Source: Desulfotalea psychrophila LSv54
GTDB lineage: Bacteria; Desulfobacterota; Desulfobulbia; Desulfobulbales; Desulfocapsaceae
NCBI RefSeq assembly: GCF_000025945.1
Contig: NC_006138.1
Location: forward strand, 1,320,001 to 1,352,000
Length of the DNA: 32,000 bases
Direction of reading: 5' to 3'
The notes beneath the pieces were generated by a model. That model ran no database searches. It saw nothing but the letters and a program-made list of their open reading frames with translations, and had not been told where the DNA came from. Both the position numbers and the translations under genes were made by a program. Shown here in pieces: positions 1 through 6,388 of this stretch (position 1 is its first letter; each line of letters begins with the position of its first letter).

Positions 1-200
1 TTGAGCTCCTGCTCTTTTTCGACAAGAGAATCCTGAGCTTCACCTAACTCTTTTTCAAGCAAGGAGAGCTTTTGGGAAAGTTCTTCCGTCCGTGCAAAAT
101 CTTGACTGTTACCGCCGCCTTTTTTTTGCAAGATCACCGTAGCAACACCGGCTACGATAACAGCAGCCGCATATCCACCCCACATAATCATCGTATCCAT
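1..200 (-). CDS. N-terminal part of a membrane-anchored coiled-coil protein (partial, runs off left edge)
   Basis: The reverse complement from the ATG at 200 reads MDTMIMWGGYAAAVIVAGVATVILQKKGGGNSQDFARTEELSQKLSLLEKELGEAQDSLVEKEQEL with no stop before position 1. AGGAG lies 6 nt upstream of the ATG (positions 207-211). The sequence shows a hydrophobic N-terminal helix followed by a heptad-like E/L/K-rich segment. It is absent from the ORF track because it is open-ended. Confidence 0.5.
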   Translation of the reverse strand, partial: MDTMIMWGGYAAAVIVAGVATVILQKKGGGNSQDFARTEELSQKLSLLEKELGEAQDSLVEKEQEL

Positions 201-324
201 CGATCACTCCTGTATAGAAAATTTAGGTTTACATCATTCTATGCCCTTGGCAGTGCTCATATTTTCAATATAAAGCCTATCTCTTTGCGATCATACACAC
301 AATGTTTTCAACGATTGTTTTTAT

Positions 325-392
325 TTTTTTACGTCACTCTTTTAGTTGAGTCTAAATAACAATAGACACAAACAAAAGAGTGACGTAAAAAA
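325..392. repeat. Perfect 19-bp inverted repeat with 30-nt spacer in a divergent intergenic region
   Basis: 325-343 ttttttacgtcactctttt is the exact reverse complement of 374-392 aaaagagtgacgtaaaaaa. Confidence 0.85.
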
Positions 393-428
393 TTATAGAA
401 TCAGTAATCTTAAGGTAAGGAGACCCAA

Positions 429-550
429 ATGAAAATTTTAGGTATATCAGGCAGTCCGGGAAAAGAAGAACAATCAGGAACCCATGCATTGGTTGAAACC
501 GTATTTATACTACAGTCAAGGCTGAGTTCATGTAATAAGTGCAACAGACT
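429..550 (+). pseudogene. Truncated N-terminus of an NADPH-dependent FMN reductase / iron-sulfur flavoprotein-like gene
   Basis: AAGGAG lies 7 nt upstream of the ATG at 429. The translation MKILGISGSPGKEEQSGTHALVETV matches the typical MKILGISGSPRK... start of this family. The reading then runs into unrelated repeat sequence and stops at 596. Confidence 0.35.
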
Positions 551-607
551 AAAATTTGCATGTAGACCCCTCCTTCTTTTTTATCATATTTTTTAAGCCT
601 TTGTCTA

Positions 608-678
608 ACCATGTGAACCTCCTGTTACTTGTATAAAAACGAGTTAATATGGACGCCACAATATCGGGGGAGGATCAA
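608..678. repeat. Left copy of a ~60-70 bp inverted repeat pair (partner 4275-4333)
   Basis: The reverse complement of 608-678 is cttgatcctcccccgatattgtggcgtccatattaactcgtttttatacaagtaacaggaggttcacatggt. It aligns with 4275-4333 ttgatccttccccaatattgtggcgtccactgtacaaggcacaggagagtttacatggt apart from one ~13-nt indel. Confidence 0.7.
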
Positions 679-682
679 GACC

Positions 683-742
683 ATCGAAATGCATTCGGTG
701 CAGCCTATTAAATTCCACCAAGTTCAAGTGAGTGTGGATGAC
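683..742 (+). repeat. Orphan duplicate of the 3' end of the Ntn hydrolase gene
   Basis: 683-742 atcgaaatgcattcggtgcagcctatt..aaattccaccaagttcaagtgagtgtggatga aligns with 2050-2113 atcaagatgcattcagtgcagcctattgaggatgtttccaccaagttcaattgagtgtggatga. The aligned region includes the stop codon. Confidence 0.7.
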
Positions 743-1002
743 CCGCTCCGTTTATAACTATTAGAAACAGTAACAGAAGCCTGTTTTTAAGGGCTGTCTA
801 ACAGTGTATTCGCGCCCTGTCTGCGACCAGATAAAAGATTCTATCTTAAAAAAGTAAATTTGAAATTTGGTTTGTTTTGTATAGTACAAGTGATAGCATT
901 AATCTGTATGTTTAATTGATTAAAAAACATCCAATTATAAGGCAATATTTTGGGATTTTTCATGTATTGCATTGTTAGAAAAATTGATTGCTAAGGGAAT
1001 TA

Positions 1003-2103
1003 ATGGTAAAGAAAAAAACAGTTAGTTTTCTCGTGACCACAGCAGTGGCCGGACTATTAATGAGTACATCAGCGAACGCCTGTACCAGCTTACGTCTCGT
1101 GGCTGGAGATGGTGGCGTAGTTGTTGGACGAACAATGGAGTTTGAAGTTGATATGAAATCCAATGTTCTCGTGATTCCGGCTGGTACCGAGATGACGAGT
1201 TCTCTGGCTGATAAGTCCCAAGGCATGAAATATAAAACTAAATATGGAATGATTGGTGCCAATGGTTTCGACCTGCCTATTATAGCGGACGGGATCAATG
1301 ACCAAGGCCTTTATGTCGGCACTCTTCTTCTTCCAGGTTATGCGAGTTATCCTGATGTTGACTCCAAGAATGCATCACGAGCTCTGGCCTCGGAAGACTA
1401 TGGGGCTTGGCTGCTTGCTAACTTTGCTAACGTCGAGGAAGTCAGGGCCAATTTCAACAAAGCCGTTATCGTGAGCCATCCTCTAAAGCCACTTGCTGGC
1501 CAAAGCTTCCCCTTTCATTATGTCGTGCATGATAGCACCGGTGCTGCCGTAGTGATCGAACCCGTTAACAAGGAGATCAAAATCTACGAAGACCCCATTG
1601 GCGTCCTAACAAATTCCCCTCCCTTTGATTGGCAAGTTACCAACCTGAGTAACTACGTTAATTTGAACGTAAACAATGTGCCACCTGTTGACTTGAGTGG
1701 GCTGAAGATTACAAATTACGGACAGGGTAGTGGTATGCACGGTCTTCCAGGAGATTTTACTCCACCGTCCAGATTTGTACGCGCTGTTGTATTTTCTGAG
1801 ACTGCCGTAAAGCTCCCTACAACAGAAAAAACCGTACCTCAAGTATTTCATATTATGAACATGTTTGATATTCCGGTAGGCGCAATGCGTGAAGTCTTAG
1901 GGAAAAAAGTAGTACATGACTACACCAACTGGACCAGTGTTTCTGATCTGAAGCATCTTACATGGGCGTATAAAACATACGATGATCAGTCAATTCGAAG
2001 CGTTGATGTTCGCAAGGCATGTGGCGCAGCTGGTAACGAGATAAAAACTATCAAGATGCATTCAGTGCAGCCTATTGAGGATGTTTCCACCAAGTTCAAT
2101 TGA
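1003..2103 (+). CDS. Periplasmic Ntn-hydrolase, choloylglycine hydrolase / penicillin V acylase (linear amide C-N hydrolase) family
   Basis: The ORF is 988..2103, and the ATG at 1003 has AAGGGA upstream. The signal peptide MVKKKTVSFLVTTAVAGLLMSTSANA is followed directly by Cys (ANA|CTSLRLVAGDGGVVVGRTMEF). This is the position of the N-terminal Cys nucleophile in this family. Confidence 0.85.
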   Translation: MVKKKTVSFLVTTAVAGLLMSTSANACTSLRLVAGDGGVVVGRTMEFEVDMKSNVLVIPAGTEMTSSLADKSQGMKYKTKYGMIGANGFDLPIIADGINDQGLYVGTLLLPGYASYPDVDSKNASRALASEDYGAWLLANFANVEEVRANFNKAVIVSHPLKPLAGQSFPFHYVVHDSTGAAVVIEPVNKEIKIYEDPIGVLTNSPPFDWQVTNLSNYVNLNVNNVPPVDLSGLKITNYGQGSGMHGLPGDFTPPSRFVRAVVFSETAVKLPTTEKTVPQVFHIMNMFDIPVGAMREVLGKKVVHDYTNWTSVSDLKHLTWAYKTYDDQSIRSVDVRKACGAAGNEIKTIKMHSVQPIEDVSTKFN

Positions 2104-2136
2104 GTGTGGATGATTATGTGGTAGAAAATGGCTAAC

Positions 2137-2183
2137 AAAACACTAACCGGCCCCAGCAAGAGGGTCAGTTAGTGTTTTATTAA
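2137..2183 (+). terminator. Rho-independent terminator candidate after the hydrolase gene
   Basis: aaaacactaac (2137-2147) pairs perfectly with gttagtgtttt (2168-2178) across a 20-nt loop. The right arm ends in a T-run followed by tta. Confidence 0.5.
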
Positions 2184-2252
2184 TATTGCCATTCAAAAGC
2201 TTTGCATCTTTTAAAATTGCTTCAAGCTGAAGAACTAATATAAGGATAAAAA

Positions 2253-3188
2253 GTGACAACTCATTATAAAATAAGGGCAGCTATTTTATTCATCGTATTT
2301 CTTATTAACACTACACTAGCAGTTCAAAGTGAAGCAAATTTTCAAAATGTTAAAACAGATCATGTTGAAGTTGGTGATCTTAATCGTAGTTACTCTTATT
2401 ATATACCAAATGGTGTTACTGAAAACCCGAAACTACTGTTTGTGCTTCATGGTTCTGGGATGGATGTTCAAACTATGATCGAGGCAACTGGCTTTGAATT
2501 TAACAGAGTTGCAGATAGTCTTAAAAACATAATAATATTATATCCACAAGGTTACGAAAAATCTTGGAATGATTGCAGAAAATCAGTAACAGACAAACCG
2601 CATACGCTTAATATCAATGAGATGAAATTTTTCAAAAAAATTGTTTCCATTATGGAGTCTAAGAATAAGATTAAACCTAGTAATATTTTTATAGTAGGTT
2701 TTTCAAATGGTGGACAACTAGTATTTAAACTAGCAAAAGAAAACCCTGATTTTTTTAAAGGTTATGCTGCTATTGGTGCCACCATTCCCGTAGCATCAAA
2801 TGATCGTTGTGTAGCAAAAAATAGAGCTGTTAGTATGTTGGTCGCAAATGGAACAGGCGATCCAGTTAGTCCTTTTAACGGGGGGCAAGAAGTTATTGAT
2901 GGAGTAAAAAAAGGAGAAGTCATTCCTACATTTAATACCATTGAGTACTGGAAAGATTTAATGAGTTGTAGAAAGATAACAGAAACTAAAAATGAGTCAC
3001 ATAATGTATCTATTTACAATAACTCCTGTGATGAATCAAATAAAATAGTTCAATTAGTGAAGATAGATGGTGGTGGTCATGTCATACCTAACCCTCATTT
3101 TTCACAATGGCCAAAAGAGCTCGGTAAGGTAAATAAATATATAAATTTGCCAAAGTTTATCATAGATTTTTTTGAATCAATTAAATAA
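2253..3188 (+). CDS. Secreted alpha/beta-hydrolase esterase, PHB-depolymerase/LpqC (COG3509)-like
   Basis: GTG start with AAGGA 7 nt upstream and a hydrophobic N-terminal signal (AAILFIVFLINTTLAVQS). Motifs are PKLLFVLHGSG, then ILYPQG...W.DC, and the nucleophile elbow IFIVGFSNGGQL. The region is very AT-rich by eye. Confidence 0.75.
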   Translation: MTTHYKIRAAILFIVFLINTTLAVQSEANFQNVKTDHVEVGDLNRSYSYYIPNGVTENPKLLFVLHGSGMDVQTMIEATGFEFNRVADSLKNIIILYPQGYEKSWNDCRKSVTDKPHTLNINEMKFFKKIVSIMESKNKIKPSNIFIVGFSNGGQLVFKLAKENPDFFKGYAAIGATIPVASNDRCVAKNRAVSMLVANGTGDPVSPFNGGQEVIDGVKKGEVIPTFNTIEYWKDLMSCRKITETKNESHNVSIYNNSCDESNKIVQLVKIDGGGHVIPNPHFSQWPKELGKVNKYINLPKFIIDFFESIK

Positions 3189-3289
3189 GAAAAGTTCTAC
3201 TTAAGGGTAGTAAGAGGTAATAATTAGATCAGGTTTTTCAAAATAACATTTTAATGATATTCCTTTCCGCCATGACGTTGGAGTATTAC

Positions 3290-3591
3290 AAAAATGGGCC
3301 TTGTTGCATAAATCATGAGAGAAGAAAAATCAGTTCCTCTCTGCGCCATTCCATCTTAGCAACCAACCTCTCGAACAGGCATTACTCAAGCGGTAACCTT
3401 GCTCAAAGCCTTGGTCGCAGCCCTACCTGCTTGAACATCGCATCATCAGTATACTTACGGCTACACGGCCACGCTGTCCCGATGGTGTCGCGCTGTACCA
3501 ACTTTCAATCGCTTTCTTGTCTACCCAAAACGTCAACGCCATTGCTTCAATGCTCTGTTCCCTTTGTTTGCATAGACCTTTGGCCTACCAT
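3290..3591 (-). pseudogene. IS5-family (IS903-group) transposase N-terminal remnant with several frameshifts
   Basis: Minus-strand reading gives three frame-shifted pieces: ..YANKGNRALKQ, ALTFWVDKKAIESWYSATPSGQRGR and YTDDAMFKQVGLRPRL. They match the IS903 transposase N-terminus as I recall it (NWSTYNKALINRGSLTFWLDDGAIQAWYESATPSSRGRPQRYSD). No intact reading frame remains. Confidence 0.55.
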
Positions 3592-3989
3592 TTATAGCCA
3601 AAGACAGTGATGAAAGAGCTTGTCTCCGGTGGTCTTGCCAAATACTCATCAACGAGAATGTGGCTCACATCGGGGGATGTCATTTTTGCGAACTTCTCCA
3701 TAAGAATATCGTCAAAACGCTCATTAACAGTATAGTTGTTTTCTTTGAGGTAGGACTCAAATTCGGTTGCAATATTGAGCATATCTTTAACAACAGGCCC
3801 TTCCTTATACTCTTCTCGAATATATGAGAAATCAAAGCCGAAATAGGTGCAGGCCGCAAAGACCAGGTGTGGACAATGTCAGTACTCTCCTCTGGCAAAC
3901 CACTCTTTGTTGCATATAGGGCAGCGTATTTCCTCCCACCCTTCATCCCTGTTAACTTTCTTGTGCGCGTCTGATTGTACTATTTCCAT
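3585..3989 (-). CDS. Zinc-ribbon-like hypothetical protein ORF containing one in-frame TGA (Sec candidate or nonsense pseudogene)
   Basis: The ATG at 3989 and the track ORF 3585..3782 are in the same frame (207 nt apart). The only stop between them is TGA at 3879-3881. The translation is MEIVQSDAHKKVNRDEGWEEIRCPICNKEWFARGEY-TGA-HCPHLVFAACTYFGFDFSYIREEYKEGPVVKDMLNIATEF... Confidence 0.4.
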
Positions 3990-4158
3990 GGACGATTTTT
4001 TTATAAATAACCTTAGGTTTTCTTGTTACAGGCAATGTTACTCCATGCTATTAAACATTCTATTTTTCATGGGTTCTTTTGAAGATGAACCTGGAACAAG
4101 AAAATCCCCTCACTGGGGTATATTGTTCATAAACAACAATCCTCGTATTTCACCATTG

Positions 4159-4182
4159 CTCCTGAAGCAAGGGCTTCAGGAG
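4159..4182. repeat. Perfect 10-bp stem / 4-nt loop hairpin
   Basis: The sequence is ctcctgaagc aagg gcttcaggag. It lies in non-coding sequence upstream of the TGA-containing ORF. Confidence 0.8.
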
Positions 4183-4274
4183 ACACGTTTTGAGCACGAG
4201 GGTGCAGAGGGTGTAGCGAGTGGTACAAGGCTGGACCGATCAGTATTGGCTCTATGACATTCTTGTTGCAAATT

Positions 4275-4333
4275 TTGATCCTTCCCCAATATTGTGGCGT
4301 CCACTGTACAAGGCACAGGAGAGTTTACATGGT
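4275..4333. repeat. Right copy of the inverted repeat pair (partner 608-678)
   Basis: See the alignment given for 608-678. Both copies end in caggag(r)(g)tt(y)acATGGT. Confidence 0.7.
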
Positions 4334-4474
4334 CATTCTAAGGTGTAGAAGAGAGGATGCAGATCAGGGGCTGTTCTAGGCGTTACCATCTTCTACTGTT
4401 TTACCAATAAATAGAGTATGCTTTGGCTCAGAGATAAAAACTTTGCATCTAATAGCTCATACAAACAACAGACA

Positions 4475-5482
4475 ATGACTCCTCCTTTTACCATAACCAG
4501 CAGAATACTCTCCCTGGTGGCAGAGATCAGTGAAAAAATGGGGCAGATCACCGCCTCTCAGTTACCTGAAGGCACGGGCCATAATCGGGATGATCTTCGC
4601 TTGCGCAGAATTAACCGGATCCGTACCATCCAAGGCTCCCTTGCCATTGAGGGCAACACCCTCAGTGAAGAGCAGATCACCGCCATCTTGGGGGGAAAGA
4701 CGGTCATTGCGCCCTTAAGGGAGGTGCAGGAGGCGCGTAATGCCTTAAAGGTCTACGAACAGATGGCCCGGTGGCGTTTTGCCAGGAAGGAAGATCTTCT
4801 ATTGGCCCATAAAGATCTGATGATGGGGCTTCTTGACAGTGCCGGACAGTACCGTAGCTCCGGTGTTGGTATAATGAAGAATGAAGAGATCGTCCACTTG
4901 GCACCACCTGCCGACCTTGTTCCGACCCTGATGGCAAATCTCTTCTCATGGCTTAAAAGCAGTGAGGATCATCCCCTGATTAAATCCTGTGTCTTCCACT
5001 ATGAATTTGAGTTCATTCATCCCTTTGCCGACGGTAATGGCCGAATGGGTCGCCTCTGGCAAAGTCTTATTCTCTCTGCCTGGCATGAACTCTTTGTCTA
5101 TCTTCCCGTGGAGAGCCTTGTTCACCAACATCAGAGTGAATATTATCGGGCTTTGAACGCAAGTACGGAGCAGGCTGATTCTGCCCCATTTATCTCGTTT
5201 ATGTTAGGGGTGATTCTTGATTCTTTACAGCTTCTTATTGACGACACCCCCCAAGTCACCCCCCAAGTCACCCCCCAAGTCGGAAAACTTTTAATGGTGA
5301 TCAGTGGTGAAATGTTGGGCCGGGAACTGCTCTCCCTGCTTGGTCTTAAGGATAGAAGGTCGTTTGTCAGGCTTTATCTGAAGCCTGCCCTTGATGCCGC
5401 TCTTGTTGAGATGACTCTGCCGGAAAACCCACCAGCCGCTTGCAGCGATATCGGCTCACTCCTTTGGCCCATGAAATGGTAA
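4475..5482 (+). CDS. fic: Fic family protein (class II, self-inhibited AMPylase type), 3' end frameshifted
   Basis: It carries the Fic motif HPFADGNGRMGRL and the N-terminal inhibitory motif SLAIEGN ([S/T]xxxE[G/N]). The ATG at 4475 gives MTPPFTITSRIL. The conserved C-terminal tail SRLQRYRLTPLAHEMVKKLSSQG is encoded in the +2 frame (5434-5505). Confidence 0.9.
   Translation: MTPPFTITSRILSLVAEISEKMGQITASQLPEGTGHNRDDLRLRRINRIRTIQGSLAIEGNTLSEEQITAILGGKTVIAPLREVQEARNALKVYEQMARWRFARKEDLLLAHKDLMMGLLDSAGQYRSSGVGIMKNEEIVHLAPPADLVPTLMANLFSWLKSSEDHPLIKSCVFHYEFEFIHPFADGNGRMGRLWQSLILSAWHELFVYLPVESLVHQHQSEYYRALNASTEQADSAPFISFMLGVILDSLQLLIDDTPQVTPQVTPQVGKLLMVISGEMLGRELLSLLGLKDRRSFVRLYLKPALDAALVEMTLPENPPAACSDIGSLLWPMKW
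5245..5280 (+). repeat. Perfect 12-bp x 3 tandem repeat (caccccccaagt) inside the Fic gene, encoding TPQVTPQVTPQV
   Basis: The three units are 5245-5256, 5257-5268 and 5269-5280, and they are identical. Confidence 0.9.
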
Positions 5483-5542
5483 AGAAACTTTCCTCTCAGG
5501 GCTAGGGAGGAGGGCTCCTCTCCTTCGTCTCTTTTGAGCAAT

Positions 5543-5610
5543 CCCCATTGGCACGAAGCCGAGCAGCGGAGAAGTTGGGGAAAGCAGAGTTTGAGTTGTC
5601 TGGGTTAGCC
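5543..5610. repeat. Dispersed short repeat, family 1 (partner 14508-14575; related inverted pieces near 11375-11420, 11447-11470 and 11600-11625)
   Basis: ccccattggcacgaagccgagcagcggagaagttggggaaagcagagtttgagttgtctgggttag aligns with ccccattggcacgaagctgagcagtgggaagttggcggcaatagagtttgagctgtttgagttag. Confidence 0.7.
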
Positions 5611-5620
5611 TTCTTAAACT

Positions 5621-5712
5621 CTCGCCAACGTTGAGCAGCGCAGGGTGGGGCCGTAGTGGCGGGACTCCTTTTCATTGTCTCTTTTGAGTAAAAGAAAATG
5701 AATAATACATGC
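5621..5712. repeat. Dispersed ~90-bp repeat, family 2 (partner 16342-16430; partial copies near 4193-4228 and 5505-5540)
   Basis: ctcgccaacgttgagcagcgcagggtggggccgtagtggcgggactccttttcattgtctcttttgagtaaaagaaaatgaataata aligns with ctcggcaagcgtgaggtgcagagggtagggcgtcgtggtggccgggctcttttccttcgtttcttttgagcaaaaaaaatgaataatca. Confidence 0.7.
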
Positions 5713-5829
5713 TCATCAGGCCGATTCGAAGTTAAAGGGGGAAAGTTGTTGATATGACAAGCTTATAGGCGCTTTTGTAGAGCGAGAATCTAACTGAACA
5801 ACAGTTTGGAATTACGATAAAAAATTTGC

Positions 5830-6058
5830 ATGTCCACCTTCCTTCTTTACCACCATTCCATGGTGGCCTGGTTAGCTTAAAGGGGCAAGCGTGAACTCTG
5901 GGAAGCTAATTTACCGAATTCATATGTTAAATACTATGTAGATATCCTGTCAGGATTCAGGTGGCACCCTTTGCTGGTGGACGTAGTAGCCCTGAGTTTG
6001 GTGGCTGGTATTTTTCTCTCATATTGGCTCAATTTGCGCCTATCGTTCTCAACGATAG
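5830..6058 (+). pseudogene. Internally deleted, frameshifted copy of the DUF2784-like membrane protein gene at 12309-12680
   Basis: ATG TCC ACC TTC CTT.. parallels ATG AAC ACG TTC CTT.. of the intact gene. The central part is missing. The 3' part reads LPNSYVKYYVDILSGFRWHPLLVDVVALSLVAGIFLSYWLNL and has the same stop context, tcgttctcaacgatag. Confidence 0.55.
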
Positions 6059-6388
6059 GCGGCGCGATGGTTCATTGTTGGAGTAGATCGCAGGCTTTTC
6101 TATAGGAAGCAAATTCAGGTGATGGCAAGAGATCGCAATCGTTTTGGGCCCACACCTGATTAAGGTGTCTACCCCCTCCAGCCCCTGCAACAAGAACACC
6201 AGCCCCTTCCCTTGACTTCCACCGGCCCTCATACTTTTTAAGCAGGTTTTCTGTAGGGATAATTTTAAAGTATAGCACGTGGAATTGTCGTGGAAAAAGC
6301 ATATTGTGGGAAAGCTTTATACGCAACGCATTGAGTGCCTCAAGAGAAAAACTAGCCGATTTCCTCTAATAATTTTCAACTAAAATTA

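Noticed and set aside
975-1305. Minus-strand ORFs of 107 and 71 aa opposite the start of the Ntn hydrolase gene
   Set aside because: They are antisense to a well-supported gene and have no motifs or RBS.
3254-3610. 118-aa plus-strand ORF
   Set aside because: The opposite strand carries clear IS903-like transposase similarity. The plus-strand translation is Ser/Leu/Cys-rich with no motif and no RBS.
3830-3881. Bacterial SECIS element downstream of the in-frame TGA
   Set aside because: I could only fold 4-bp stems (GGUC/GGCC with a UUUGC loop, or GGCC/GGCU with a 12-nt loop). That is too weak to claim a SECIS by eye, so it is left as an open test in the finding.
3847-4257. 136-aa plus-strand ORF and the 88-aa minus ORF at 3680-3946
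   Set aside because: The first overlaps the 5' part of the zinc-ribbon ORF in antisense and runs through repeat and hairpin sequence. The second is an alternative frame of the same minus-strand gene and lacks the in-frame continuity and Cys motifs.
6072-6326. 84-aa minus-strand ORF
   Set aside because: Only its last ~25 codons are conserved in the paralogous copy near 12700-12790. It looks like the tail of a decayed gene inside the segmental duplication, not an intact CDS.
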